From contig NMRA01000446.1 of the NCBI GenBank assembly GCA_002633005.1, positions 40,926 to 104,925 on the forward strand: a DNA stretch of 64,000 nt, given 5' to 3'. The DNA comes from Phoronis australis. Taxonomy: Eukaryota; Animalia; Phoronida. Positions within the stretch are counted from its first letter, which is position 1. Every line of letters starts with the position of its first letter. Below are positions 25,410-39,968 of this stretch, piece by piece. The notes below the pieces were generated by a model. It saw nothing but the letters and a program-made list of their open reading frames with translations. It did no database searches and was not told the origin of the DNA. Position numbers and translations under genes: made by a program.

Positions 25410-26336
25410 TGTAGCTTGCCAACTAGCTGTATGAAGACTACAGTCAAAATACAACTAGATACCACTGTGTGTTCAGCGCCGACAGACCTCGAAATTGCAC
25501 TCCGCCAGGGTAGTCCTGCAAGTCACCTCGCCGTGAAACTTCTATCAACATGTAGAGCTCAAGACCGGACTGGGTGCACGCAAAATCTGTGAATCAACCA
25601 ACACTCATCTTGCCCGTTACAGCCGTTTAAGTGAAAAACAATCTAATAAACGTCATTTTCTTGCGTAAAATCTCCCCTTTTTGTAACAAAGAAAAGTATG
25701 ACGTCTGTTTGAAAACAGTACGCTTGTGACACGCGCACACGCCATTTCCTAAATTTTTGCGACATCTCTTGGGAGATGATGATAGCTTAGCAGCAACCAA
25801 ATTTCTTCTAAAATTCGGTTTGTTGGTATCAAAATTCTAAAAACTTATAATGAAATGAAACCAGTTCCGATTATTTGTTGTGACGTGTATGCAACCCCGA
25901 GAAAGAACAACAGAAAGTGGCCAACAGTTGACGCAATATTTCATGGCGCCGAAAGCCAACGCGTAAGGTCGCTCCACAAATTTAGCTGCAGAATAACGGT
26001 AGAACGCCAATTTTTCCAACATCGGTAAATAATTTAATTAAATCAAGGAAGGGTGTAGTTTTCAATGTCATTAATTTTGAGTCATGATTTCATCTGGTCA
26101 GTTTCTTACCCTCATCGGCTCAAAGCTGCAGCCTGTATTTAGTATGCACACAGCCTCCCGTTCAGTAACGCTAGGACCTAGCTAAAAAGCAAGACTTCAC
26201 GAGATTACGAGAGATATTTCCGTGTATTTTAAGTGACAGCACGTGACTAAAACTAAATTTTAGCTAGGTCCTAGTGTAGGTCCTAGTGTAGGTCCTAGCG
26301 TTACTGAACGCACGCCAGCTTTGCGTCAAGACTAAG
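25410..26336. repeat. dispersed repeat family A, copy 2 (with nested MITE)
   Basis: Colinear with 17560-18340; ends AGCTTTGCGTCAAGACTA. Confidence 0.75.
26151..26318. mobile_element. Harbinger-like MITE
   Basis: TIR CGTTCAGTAACGCTAGGACCTA / TAGGTCCTAGCGTTACTGAACG; CAG flanks; internal (TAGGTCCTAGTG) repeats; related fragment near 27105. Confidence 0.75.
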
Positions 26337-29088
26337 TAACATGCCGCAATAGACGTCGTCGGTTTAGAAAATATGATACGTCTCAGCTCGATGTTACTGT
26401 AGATTTAATGTAACTCAAAACTTCATTTCCAAGTGTCTTATTACAATAATCAATTTTCAAGCACCTCTCCATGAATGAATAACTGGGTCAGATTTAGCCT
26501 ATCCCTCCCACAAAGGAAAATCGCCACGGTATGCTAATTGCAGGGCTTACAGGGACCTTTCCATCGGCAAATGTAGTTGCCTCCCTCCTTATGATATCCC
26601 GTAGATCCGCCAGTATAAAACGAATATTAAATTATCAGCATGGTGGCTGAGCATTATATATATAACCACAGATGCTCTATCTGTTATAGTCAATGATAAA
26701 TTAAAGTACACAAAAGTCGTGTCCACTAACAGCTACTTGCCACGTTGAGTGAGCGTCCACACTACACATCCTACATTGCGTGACAAATATGGCGTAATAT
26801 GATTACACACACGCACTCAACAATGCAGCTGAGGAAGCGCACAGCTGGAAATTTCCTGTGCAGTTTTGCGTTCACATGACGACTTGTACTGAGGCCGCAG
26901 AGTCCACACCACTACTAAACCTAAAATCTACTCGTTCAAGTAGTAACTTGCGCACATTCAGGGTTGACAAGAATCAGTTCTTGATGTCAGTCAAACTGAA
27001 GGTACGTGCAACAGTTCCAGCCAATCATAGCCCGGGAACATGGAAATACAGCGATAGTCCGCCATCTTTGCCCATAAACACTGCTTGTGCCGAAATGCAG
27101 TGCAGGGTAGAGTTCAGTATTGCTAGGGCCTCGCTAAAAACAAGACTAAGCGAGATTAAGCGAGATATTGCTCTGCATTTTCAGTGAGAGTAAGTGATTT
27201 TGGCTTGCTGAAAACATGTCCCGATAAACCAGCACATCAGTCGATCGAGAAAGGAGTTCACACGTGTAGGGTTCTGGTTATAGTTGTAGTTATTGAATAG
27301 TATCTAGTTACAATAAACAATTAGAATGCGGAATGTGACAGCGCGTGTGATATGTTTGCAAGTACGGTGTGTTATCAGAAGACAGAACGTCCACAAGTCC
27401 TGTCATCTTACGATATACAAAATGCTAAGCTGGAGACTTATATCATGCGCAATTGTTATGAACGGGCACTCGGATCCAACCAACAAATCCTATTCATGTA
27501 ATTGGAATGTAGACTTCTCATCGGTGAACGTCATCTACGGATGTGCAAATTTCAGTCACTCTACCAATTTTTTATTATTGTTATTTTTTGTTCATTTATA
27601 TATTTTAAGGTTATATAAATTTAGTGAAGAATACACAGAACATACAAGGAAAATAACGACCAACCCAAAAACCGCGAAGCATTATATCTGGGTTGTAGAC
27701 AGTTGATAGAAGAAAGTAGTAGACTACACACGGAACTATATACATGTAAGTATTATCTAATATAAGAATTTAAATATTTTGATATGCTATTGCAAACATA
27801 TTTTGATAAATGTTTGTGTGCTCAAAAGAATAAAAACATTTGCAGATATGGAAATCAGAAGCAACAAGATTGGTAAGCGATGCATAAATTTCACTACCAC
27901 TACTTAAGAGGAATTCATCATTGAGAAAAATATTTCTCGAGTTTGAAAGCCACATGATTTGTCGGACAGGCATGCACGGATAACGGTCACCTCCGAGGAG
28001 AAATTGGGGCTACAACAATGTTAATGCCTCGACCACATAGAGGCTCCGACTCCAGTTTGCATCAGAAAATGGTCATATCGGTTGAGCGGTTAATGAAAGC
28101 AGCAGGCGGGTGTTGATGTCAAAAATCACAAATCGATACTGCTGATCCGATGAAAAATCAGGCGATCGTGCCACTGAGACATCGAATCGACGGGATCGGC
28201 CGAATGTCGACCGGCAAGGGACCATGGCATAAACAGTCCTGTCGTCTGATTTGGGCTAGGACGATAAGAAGGCAGATCAGAGGTTTGACAAGCGTTCTAA
28301 TTATTAAACGGCGGTTCAGCGGTAGGTCCGACCAGAAGGCAGTTCGAAAGGGATGTCAGTGACATGAACCCCGGCCATACACTAGGTCATTAATTTTATG
28401 CACTTTCACATTTAGTGCTATTGTTTGGAAATGGTTTTCCGACCATTATTTGTGAAGTAAAATACCATTCCGGGGCATCAAGTCTTGTCATCAAACATAA
28501 GAGTACAGTGCAAAACCATTACTGGCACCTAGTGCCCGCAATTTGAATCTATCACCAAGACATCTGTGAATGAAGTTTGACGTATCAGTCGGCTGGCACA
28601 ATCTGTGAATGGGCTCAAAGGCTGCGTATCGAGGATATGCCGCTGCGTGCAACAATTCCCTTCGTCCTCCGTTACCCGTTTTGATAACGCCACTTCAATG
28701 AAATATCTGAGCTTGTCAGAACAACACATCTTCGCCTTCCACAGACCGTTGCGAATCTAGTCACTAACACTGTTATTCTCTTTGTCTTTCTCACGAGCTG
28801 CATTTCTTGTCTTATATATTTCAATTGCATTATTACAAATATAATTCTTCCTTCATTAACTACACATGTCCCCAGTAGTAATACACTCACATACATGGTG
28901 TAAACTACAAGAACTCATTAGTGTCAAACGCGGAAAGAAAGAGGATTTGACTTCGGAAGACTAGAACTACGATTGTGAGAAAAGGATATAAAGGAACTGT
29001 GTTAATGAGAAAAGAACGCTAATGAATGAGACCTCCCGTGTAAAGCGTCACCAGAAGGAAGAATGTTGCCCAATCAGCTGCCGCTTAA

Positions 29089-29831
29089 AACTGCATTTCG
29101 CCCTGTTTAGCTGGCTGAAAACGAAAATCGAATTAGCATTTTACTTACTCGATTTCATTATTTCTTACCGTAATTGAATTACGTTTTTGCTACCGGGGTT
29201 TCTGTTGATAAGCCCACCCGATGAACGCCCACGGGCGTTTATTCGGAAAATTGTGCCGAATACACGTCCATAGGCGTTTATTTGGTGCTACAACTTGTGG
29301 TGTCAAGTGTCCCGACAATGGGACCTTTATTTAGAAATTTTCCTCTTGAAGGCCCACTCAGCGTCAACTTTTTGTCAGAAATTCAGTTTTGTGAAGCATT
29401 TATCATATATAAAAACGAACAAGGCGTTGGCGAACTATGCACTAATTAACATCAAATTTAAAACCGCATAAAAGAGTGTCAAATAACCAAAACTATGGCT
29501 TTCCGTTTACACGATCCCTTTTCCGAATAAACGCCAGGGCGTTTATTTGGTGTTGCTAAAACGCCTGAAAATTTTCATTTTCCGAATACACGCCCATGGG
29601 CTTATCTACGGAAATTCCCGGAACCAACAGAAGTCACCGGCAATACGTCCACCAATTCGCAAATTTGGGGTTGACCAATCTCAATGTACTGTGGAGAATC
29701 ACTGATGCTCTCCGTGTTCTTAATTGTTGGTATCGAAAACAGAGAAACCGATCGCGGCAAGGAACATTATCAGACAAATTCTACGATCGTCCAAGTCCTA
29801 ATTAGCCAGCTAAACAGGACAAAATCCAGCT
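29089..29831. mobile_element. TTAA-flanked Kolobok-like MITE containing a nested insertion (~29166-29620)
   Basis: TTAA at 29085-29088 and 29832-29835; TIR CTGCATTTCGCCCTGTTTAGCTGGCT / AGCCAGCTAAACAGGACAAAATCCAG; inner element rich in AATAAACGCC/GGCGTTTATT repeats. Confidence 0.7.
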
Positions 29832-30326
29832 TTAAGTAGCTAGTATTAGGGAGATTATAATCCAGGGTGCTATAAATAAGACATATCTCAGAGCGGCATG
29901 GTGAATATTGCGTTGTCTGTTTATCAACATGACATACCTTATAAGTGCATCAATCGTTGACAGATAGGTGTGGATTGTGCCATAAATTGATTAGAACACG
30001 TAGTCCGTTTCTACTACGTGGTTGCGTGAAGCCAAAAAAAATGATATGACGTAATTTGATGTGAGCCTACGGCGCAACGAAAATGTCACTGGAAACGAAA
30101 AATTGACCGCAGTTTGGCATTCATTTTCAAAACCATAACAACCTTTTCCAGACCAATTTTATGATATTTATAGCCTACGGCACTCTACACGCTAGTGGCA
30201 ACATGCCCAGTATGGACCACAAATTGTCACTCTCCAAAAACCAGTTGCTTTCATCACATTAGCAAAATGCAAATATTCAAACCGTGTATACAACTCTACA
30301 TGTGCCAAGATATAATATGTCTACTC

Positions 30327-30484
30327 CAGAAGCGCATCCAGGATTTTAAATTGGAGGGCAGGACAGATTATTAGCCAGGATTTTGCCCTCCACACATTCA
30401 CACCCCCGAACTGCCAAAGTGGAATCTGGAAGAATTTTAGGGGGGCCATGGCCCCCTTGCCCTTCCCCCCTAAATCTGCCACTG
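30327..30484. mobile_element. hAT5-like MITE copy 3
   Basis: Homologous to 4173-4327; TSD TACTC at 30322-30326 and 30485-30489. Confidence 0.85.
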
Positions 30485-33400
30485 TACTCTTATTGTCTGA
30501 TGTTGATTTTGCATCTGTGCGATCTCTCTTGACGTTGAAAATGTAATAGTGTGTACCATTTAAAAATGACCTCAAAACATTTGCAAATTTACCTCTAGGC
30601 TGCGAATGGTGAAATTTAGGTTTTGCAGTGCAGTAGTATGTTTTGAGGCAGTTCGCGATAATTGTAACATAGGGTTCGATCATTGTGTTATGCAGTTCAA
30701 TTTTCCGCAGCCGTCCCCAGCCGTCAAGCTTGGATCAACAATTACCATTCAGATACAAGAAGAACACCAGGGTACTTAAGGCAGTCTCCTTTATTAACAT
30801 TACGTTTAGTGAAGCGTTCAAAATATTTTGCGTCCTAACTGACTGTGAATTGCGAAACCAACTGAACCATTGCTAGCGTATAATAGAGTCGTGAAAAGTA
30901 TTCTAATGGAAATTTGCATTTACTGTTTATGACAAAGGTTGTCATTCCCAACTACAAATGTACCATGCTTTGTAATAAAGACACCCAGCATCGTTGTCCT
31001 CAGCTACATGTAGGCACAAAGTGTAAACGAATCGTCCTCGTTTCATCATTAAAAAGGTTCAACCATCATTGCAGGTCACAACCTATTCACGTTTAGACAC
31101 TCAGAAACCTTACCTCAGTTTCAATAACGTCGTATTGGTCTTAGTCGTAAATAAGATAACCCGTCAACCTATAAGACTCATCACATCTTTGGTGTACTGG
31201 AGTACCGTTCTAATATCATACTCGTATATCCATTCTGCTACTGAACTACACGTCTAACACGAGACGGTCGACAAAGACCAGCCTGGCATTTAGTGCCCTC
31301 ATGTATTGTAATGGCATCTCCGGCACAATTTGACGGATTACTATAGTCTACAAAAACCACATATCAATATAGAATCAACATCACGCATTGTGTAGCATTG
31401 ACGATAAAGGACAAGCTTACCTCGTCTAGACTTTATATTAACTTGAATTCCCACAGTACACACATGAGCTTATCAATCAGTCAGTTTACAGAAAAATTAT
31501 TTTTACGTCAATATATGGTGCTGAGTCATCCACAGCGACCTCTGGCGAACTCCAAATATAAGTCTGGCAACTTTCGATGTTCTGGGATTGAATCGGAGGT
31601 AAGAACATAGTCCATCTCACATGCCCAAAGGCAGCAGTTTTACAAAGCGCTACAACTATCGCGTAGATGGGAGTTTTCAACCGCTCACGGAAAATAATGT
31701 TTTCCTTTTCCGTCTATTGTTGTTGCACAGTGTGCTCCTGTTTGGTTTAAAAATAGCTGCGCTTGGTACTAAAGGAAAAGGAACATATTGACGAACGGAC
31801 AAACAACGAGCAAACACTAAATTTACAATTAATGCTGTGATTGTCTTTATCGATCTTCGTGATGCCATTTAATGATGCAGCCAGGATACAAGGTGCGAGT
31901 TTCCTTTAACCACGATTATCTACAACTCTACGCACAACCTTGCACCAAGTTATTTTGTAAAATATTCAAAGTAGTTAGAAAAATTCCTGTAATTACTGTA
32001 CACGAGTATGTGACACAGGTTACCTGGTGTCAGGAAAACATAAAACCAACTGCGGCAAAAGATAATTTACCTGCAAATGTACTGTCACTTACAATGGGTT
32101 ATGGACTATTGAACCGAGCTCTTCCCGATGTGCCTGTCTTCCAGATTTTGAGAGTTGGTACAATGTACGTTGTAGGCGACTATAGTCCTCAGTTTGTACT
32201 TTGCTGGCTCCATTTTGTATACCTTTTAATTCCCATAAATATTGACATTTTTTACTTAATTATTTATGTAACCTTTTAAACTTATGCATTCGTTTAATTA
32301 TATAAATTATGATAATTCATATTTAGTAAGAAATTCCTCCTAGTCTGAGAACGAACATCTGAGGCAAAGTCTCAATAAGAAGTTAGAATTTTCAACAACA
32401 GAAGTGCATGCAGCAGCTTTAACGCAAAATGTTCTTAGTCATAGAAATTTTGAGTCTGAAATTGGTCAAAAAGCAATCGATTAGATCTAGGTGTGGTTCT
32501 GGCGTTCTGGTCAAAAATGGGTGTTTAGTTTCATTACAGCAAAATGTGAGACCTAATACATCATACTTTTCGCAGCGAACGTCGCTAACCTGCATCCGCA
32601 CTGTCGAAACCACCCCAGGCAGCATGCACGTGGTTTCCCAAAAGATCACAGTCTGGCTGATTTAAATGCGTGTACTTCTCAGGAAATCGATTGGTAACGA
32701 TTACCATTGATGTTATACACTGATTATGAAAATAAAATAAATATCAGTACAGGTGCCATTTTTGTATACCTTGGAATGTGCGAATATCAAAAAAGGATTT
32801 GGTCGTTTTTTTCGATCTGAAGCGCTAATACATTATATGGTCGACTTAGTGCTTTGGAGAAATCTACATCCCGGAAAAGTGACGGTAAATGTTCTCTTTC
32901 GTTTATCGTTTTAGTTCTTAATTATGACCTATATTACGCGAATGAGCTAAAACCCCTGGCTGACGTAACGTTTCTGTTCTATTCAGAAGACCACACCCTT
33001 CTCAACATGGTTGAAGTGCACTATTACAAAGTACCACGTGACTATTTATCCTAACGTTAACACGAATTCACGAAGAAATAAACACGGAGTTTCTTGCATG
33101 TTTTCAGTGGGAATAAACAGACAAAACCTCTTATGGTTGACCAAAGTCTAAACCATAATACATGAAAATTGCATATTTCAAGATAATTCGTTTCAATGCT
33201 CACAAATAAAACTAAAAGAATTCAAGCATCGTTTCAAGTCATTTTCACAAATAGTTACGTACGCAATCACATTGCTTGCGCATCCAAACAAGAGGGGCGT
33301 TGATTTTAGAAACCCTGTGCGCAGGCCGGGGAGCGCTGGTTCGAGAATAGTTAAACCCGACGAAGTTTTAGCGCTATTGACGAGAAGTGAAAGTTCATGA

Positions 33401-35254
33401 GCTTTTTAGCTTATGATTGCATTTTGACGCAATCTCATTTGAACATTAATTTTTCGTCGGAACTGTTTTGACTTGGCCATTGTTTTGTACTTCACTTGTG
33501 TTTTCTCCAGCTGTTTTCAATTATCGATTGGACATCGCTATCGTAACATATGTGCGTGGCACATTTTAGTTTCAAACTACAAGCAACACAAGTGCAACGG
33601 AGACAATGAATAACACCTTCATTTATTAGAAATCCTCTAACGAGCTTTGTAGGCGACCCGCAATGATGCGAAAAATCTCGGAAACTTAGTGTTAAACCAG
33701 TATTAGTTATTGCATTGATAATTTTGTTCTTGCATAAGCACAAACTCATGCTTTAGTGCGCCCAAACCAGTCGTGGATTTTTTGGGGGGCGTGGGGCAAG
33801 CCGGGGGGCATGGCCCCTCCTAAAACTTTCCCATAGACGAAGGTGAGTCGACAACCTGACAGAGCCGAACGCGACTTTGGACGGGTAATTACGTGGTGGT
33901 TTGGAAGGTTGCGAGTCGAGGAGGTTATGAGTCGAGGGGTGTGGGGGTCGATGGATCGAGGGGATTTAGGACAATCCAACGGTCCGATGTAATGTCTCCA
34001 TTCAGGCTATTCCAGTCCGTGGCGTGACTGTTCTAGGAAAAAATGCCTTTGTTTAGTGAAAGACACGCCGCGCTCCCGATACGCCAGTAAATACATGCAT
34101 GTACGTACCTCAACGTTCATTCTTTACATCACTTGAGTGGCCGTTATACAAGTAGAAATGAATTCATTAATTTGTGGCACTTTGTTTCCAAATGGAGTAG
34201 GCCCACTCCAGACATTAAATTATAGTATTTATTAGCACCCTAATGCAACCCACAGATTAGTGACGGATTGTCGGCGTATAACTGAAAATGGCCTATATGA
34301 AGCAATTGTAATGGAAGTGAAGAGCAAATGACATAAAATTACACAGAGATATCGCCAGTCATATTTTACTAGTGTTTAAACAGATAAGCATGAAAAGATG
34401 AATTCGCTAGAGCACTTGATCAGTCCTAACTCGATACTAGGGCTACTATCATTAGGCTTACCCAGAGTCTGAACATTCCACTAGTCATTTTATATTTGGT
34501 CCTCTCTAACACCAACAAACGACGCGTACGAAGTTCGACGCAACAGTTCATAATGGCTACTAGACAAAACACCAAAATCCAGATTTTGCAGCGGCAGAGG
34601 CGTAACTTGTTTTCAAATGTTGTGACATGTACACTCGGGGTAAGCCTACATAGAAGACAATTTTTGGGGGTACCGAAGTCCGTTGTCCCAATGTTTTTGA
34701 CAGACCGAGAGAGAGCGAACTCATTCAATAATTTAGACAAATCTACCGTATATACACTGTGTGAGCTAATGCGTTGCAGTTAATATTTGTGGTGTAGAAT
34801 GAACCGGCTGGGTGACATGGAACGATTACGTGAAATTGGTTACGAGGGTGCAGTAAACCTTCAGAAATCGGCGATAAACGGAGAAAAGACCTGCATGTCT
34901 AGGTTGTGTCAATCGACGTGTTTTGCTTGGTACTTCATCAATACATTTCGAATTGTTTTGTTTACTCTGCTCACAATCAAACGGCACTTACCATGTGAGT
35001 TGAAGAAACGCGTTGGTGAAACGTATAATAATCCTCGGCGGCCTTTCCGTTACATGGGCATACATTGCGTCAAACACATTATTTTTCCCAACACCAGGCC
35101 GTTTGCTGACATTTTGTGCAACATTATCATATATTGTCTCCAATGTATCGATCTGTTAAAATCTCACAATTATGAGTCACCGTGAGATGCTGCATCACCG
35201 CGCTCTTTTTGTGTTATTAAAGCTGGAACAACCGATGTCGGCGAGAAAAAAGTT

Positions 35255-35340
35255 TCTGAGACCAGTCTAAGCGCGTAATCGAACCCGTGACCCCGCAGTC
35301 GCAGACGAACGCTCTGCTCTCGGAGCTTAATTCTGGTCGA
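35255..35340 (-). mobile_element. tRNA-derived SINE head (degenerate)
   Basis: TAAGCTC..AGCAGAGCGTTCG...CACGGGTTCGATTAC: Pol III A- and B-box-like motifs; no intact cloverleaf. Confidence 0.5.
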
Positions 35341-37787
35341 TAATCACTGACATAGTATCTTAATCGTACATACACTGTTAGCGGTAAAATTATCGAATGT
35401 CTTGGAAGACAACAGCGAGAATTGGCAATTTGTGATGAAATCACAAAAGTACAACGGATTTTGTTGTTTTGTAACTGCTTTCGTCAAAGCTAATTCGTCT
35501 ATCAACAGCATGCTTTTTCGGCTGTAAAGCGATTTTGTCCCTTTAACTACAAACCACATCAATTTCCTCTCAGGGGTATTTGTTCTTTCAATCCATTGCT
35601 ATAAATCTTTGATTAAACTAAAATGTGTAGCACCAGAACATCTCAAATAGGAAACGTCCGACAAACACTACTCTTCATGGTTGTGAGAACACGCGTACTG
35701 CACGCCAAAACAATTGTGTTGTGTAATGAGGGCACGACGTAACGAGTTGACAGGGGCGAAAAGTAATCTCTTTCATTCAAGGACATTTTGCAATGTTGTC
35801 ATTTTTAAGTGATCCACTTTTTAAAGTGTCAGCCACTCCCGAGTTGATAAGCACATTCAGCACTGGTATTTGCAAGACAAGTGTTTAACACTTGTGTTGC
35901 ATCGTGGGTAAATAAGGCAGAATCAGAGTGGCGTTTTGCTATTTCAGGACGGGTCGATCTATCGGCAACGAATTTACAAACCCCTCTGCATGAAATGTGC
36001 ATACAAAAACGCCGTCCATCAACTCTATCGCATTAGCGACACGGCATTTTTCATTTAATCTCCGCTGTAATCAGGAAAGGGATATTCTTCTAAGGATCGT
36101 ACCGGCTGTTTTGGCTACTGAAACCAACTGGCCGTGACATTCAACTTACCAACCCGCCGTGACAGTCAACTTAACGGGCAATCGATGATGACTTGTCAAT
36201 ATCTTCAACAATTTTTTTCGACCGTAAAAACAACAATGACTCTTTAAATTACGCGTGCGATGAATTATAATTTCTCTCGTCACTTTTCCAATGACAAGAC
36301 TTAGTTACAAATAACAATTACTGATATGAACGATGTTGACTAGATATCATTTTAACGTTATGAAAGCTCTGAAATTAACAAAATTTTGACAGAATGAACG
36401 AAAACGTGCACCAGAAGCCTAGAACGCGAGGTTTGGCATGCTGTCCACAAAATATGCGTGTCTTCCTCAGAGAACTTGTCTATATGCTGTCATTTCGCAC
36501 CCTCCACAGAATAGCAAGGTTTGCCGCGTGCGATCTTTAGTCATTATTAACCCATGCATGTTTAAATTAATGATCAGCTCGGGAGAAACATATATCACGG
36601 CCTTTTCATATGTAGACTAGAAAAGAGTGCATCGCCTTATCTAAAAGCCGAACATGAAATGTGTCAAAGGCAAAACAAGTTGGGATTGTCTTTCATCTAT
36701 ATGACTGATAATTTTTCATAACCCTCTCTAAGTATCGTCGTTCACTCGGCAGCACTAGCGCACATGCAAACCCCCTTTTTATTTCCCTCTGAGTGTGTCA
36801 GTTTTTTATATGGACTTACATGTAAAATTTGAATTAGCCGGATAGGGTAACATCGGGATACGTAACGAGCCGAAATAACATTGGGGTAGAGAAATATCGA
36901 GACGGGCATCCTCCACATTGTCTGGGAAGCAGTAGGATAGGATTATACTGGGGCCGTACGCAGTGTTGGTGCTGAAGTAATTCCAATTTTTAGAAAATTG
37001 CATTTGCAACAAATCAACAATGCATCAAAACATTTTTATAACTTCCTTTATCAGTTTGATGGTAGGCAAAATCACAAGTTTACTTCATTAAAAATGCTCA
37101 GAGTTTACCAAATAAGGTAAATGTCGTATGGACGCAACTCAAGTTCCTGGAAACAAAATAATGTTTGATAAATTTGCTTTGAAATACAAGTGTTCCCCAA
37201 TTGCATTTTTGGAAGATTTGTAAATGTTGGTGATCAAATGAACTAGCGTGACTGCCAGTTTGGAAATACATGTGCATCTTCTGGTTGCAACTTCAATACC
37301 AGCATTTTTTAATGGAAGTTCCAACTTTACCACCAGGTGGCGCTCATAAATTCAGAAATCTGCATTAAATTTGCATTTTAAAGTGAAAAATAACAAATTG
37401 TGAGATTTTATGACTTAATGCGACCAATAGAAATGCAACTTACAGCATCAGCCCTTATCGACAACCAGTTTTGATATTTTTATATAAAATTATTTGCCCT
37501 TTCATGCCAAGTGCCAGAATTAGCCAATTAAGTCAATTTTCATGGAAGTCTGACAGTCCACACATGGGAACTTTTATTTTGTTAAATACAGTGGTTTGTG
37601 ACATCAAAAAAATGCTTGGACAGAGTAGCGAGTGCCCTCACTCATGATTTTGGCAGTCCCTCCCTCATGATTTTGGCAGTCCCTCCCTCTCAAACAAATT
37701 GCTACCCACGACTCTCCTCACTTGACAGAAAACTAGACTGGGAGATCTATCATTAATGTTATGAAGCTTACATTTCGTGGCCACCAG

Positions 37788-37940
37788 GGCTGAGTTGCAT
37801 AAAACTTCAAAAGTTATCCGCTGGGTAAGTTAGATTGTTGTATGACGTCAGGTGCATTAGTGTTCAACAATAACAACGTGACACGTGATAATGCGACGTC
37901 ATTGTTGCTATATGGCGTATAACTTTTATGCAACTGAGCC
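37788..37940. mobile_element. Harbinger-like MITE
   Basis: TIR GGCTGAGTTGCATAAAA / TTTTATGCAACTGAGCC; 3-bp TSD CAG (37785-37787, 37941-37943). Confidence 0.8.
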
Positions 37941-39029
37941 CAGAAGGATGTGGAACTGGGGGAGGGCGAAACTGGTGTCGCTCAGAGGATTTGCTCAAAT
38001 TTTCTTTACTCCCGTCACTAAAAAATTCTTCTATGTTTATGTCCACTTATGATTTTTTGGGGAATTGGACAGCGTGATGGTGTCCAGGGGTAAATTATCT
38101 CCTTGCTACACCACTGCTGGAGTTACTGCCAAATGATATACTCCTATCTCCTTACTATTAAGTGTGAAAAACACTTCTTGGAAGAACTGCTACAATTGGT
38201 CAAAATGAAACGAGAAAAGCAACCTTGGGAGGTAAATAGGGGTTGTGTAAATCCAGCGTCGGATTTCAGATGAGACTCCTGCCAAGGTGCAATCAAACAC
38301 CAGATGGCGTGCTGTACACACAGTGGTACATGCACATTTCAGGCTCTGTGGCCAAATTGCACAGAGCAAAAATTTCCTTTAATAAAATCAGAAGCCCCAG
38401 GAGTGATTGTAGCAAAACAACAAAGCAATCATACACTTGGTGCAACAGCTGATAATCGTAAATGTTTATTATGAGATACAACAAAACAGACCTTGTGCAT
38501 AAAAATATTAGAAAAGGACATGATTGGCAGATTGACTAGTGCAATGGGAATTATGGATTATAAACCATAAACAGAAGACCTTTATTGATACAAATGGTCT
38601 GAGGCCGCGGAGCCTTTGATATCTCCTTAGATTCAATTCTTCTGTGCACAGTTTTTATTTATTTATTAATTTTACATAAAGAAGTAATTTTCACACTTAA
38701 GTGATTGCTTACCAATCATATGCAAATCAGATTGCCTGTGTTTACATAAATATTGACAAAAATTATTTATATTAAGTATTCACGAAAAATCTTACAGAGT
38801 ATGCACTGCTTATGTTTAATTACGCATAAATCAATGTAATTATAAAACTATACATGATTAAAGCAGTCGACCATAATCACTATGCAACATGTCTTACAAA
38901 ATGCTAAACTCTCATAATATCAAAGTTGCACAAAAAACACCAACTATTAATTTGAAAAAAAAACAAATCCAAACCAAAAATAAAAACAAATGACCGCACG
39001 TTAGGGACCACATCAGCACTGCCAATGGG

Positions 39030-39095
39030 ACGGCGTCCCCTTAATACACAACATGGCTGCTCGGCGTCCCCTTAATACACAACATGGCTGCTCGG
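39030..39095. repeat. tandem duplication (~31 bp x2)
   Basis: CGGCGTCCCCTTAATACACAACATGGCTGCT occurs twice. Confidence 0.9.
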
Positions 39096-39339
39096 GGTCC
39101 ATTCACCTGACATTTACATTTTTTTTTACAAATTTGTGCGTTTGTTTTATGGTGAAGGCCCCAATGGCCTGTTATTGTTGAGGGTTGAAATCACCACTCA
39201 ACCGTAATTTTACTTTTAACTTTCCATTAATCTCAAAAACATTTCAGTTTGTCCAATACGCATCACTTATAACTTGTGCAGAGTAGTGGAATTGGCGCCA
39301 GAGGTCACTTTGGAAATACCATGGTTACAAACATATTTA

Positions 39340-39471
39340 GTCTAGTTAGCATGCCACCTGTTGGGCACATCATGTGTCCTCAGTCTGAAACTATTTCTGC
39401 CCGACTGGGATTCGAACCTGGGACCTTCTGCTAACCGTACAGACACTCTAGTCCACTGAGTCATTGGAACC
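39340..39471 (-). mobile_element. tRNA-derived SINE in the presumed 3' UTR of the membrane-protein gene
   Basis: A box TGACTCAGTGG and B box GGTTCGAATCCC, followed by a non-tRNA body. Confidence 0.7.
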
Positions 39472-39561
39472 ACTTGTTGAAAACGGAAATTCAGACTAAA
39501 CATGTTTGTGATGTATATTTCCACATCGGTTTGAAATTAACATTACTCATATATATCACGG

Positions 39562-39968
39562 TTACTCCTTCATGCTTTCGTAACTTCCGAATGCAAACTC
39601 GCTGATTTCTTTACGAATTCTTTCCACCTCAGCATTTTTTGGATCAAACACAGCGCCTCCGCAAACGGCCAACAGGCAGCATTGCGGTCGACCACATTCG
39701 TCCTTGTACATTATTTCAATGGCGACAGTTCTGGTGAGAAAACACAGCACTATGAACATGATCCCCCAAGTTACGAACCATATCCCACCGCGAACCCCCT
39801 CACCATCATACTGACCCCAGTCACATGTCCACCAAATACACGGAATAAAATGAAGCCATATCCCGATCAAACAAGAAGTGAGGAAGGACCATGCAAGGCC
39901 AGCAAATAGAACGGGTCGCCTCGTAATACGTACGGTAGTGATGTCGTCTTTGCGAAGATCAAGGTTGC
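39562..39968 (-). CDS. uncharacterised multipass membrane protein, last coding exon
   Basis: Acceptor TTTTCTAG at 39969-39970, phase 1 matching the upstream exon; GNLDLRKDDITTVRITRRPVLFAGLAWSFLTSCLIGIWLHFIPCIWW...GIWFVTWGIMFIVLCFLTR...ESMKE*; two hydrophobic segments. Confidence 0.85.

Noticed and set aside
38140-38484. cluster of short ORFs suggesting an exon
   Set aside because: Stops in all plausible frames, no recognisable domain, no consistent splice sites
39399-39471. functional tRNA gene
   Set aside because: A and B boxes are present but the acceptor and anticodon stems do not pair properly and a SINE-like body follows
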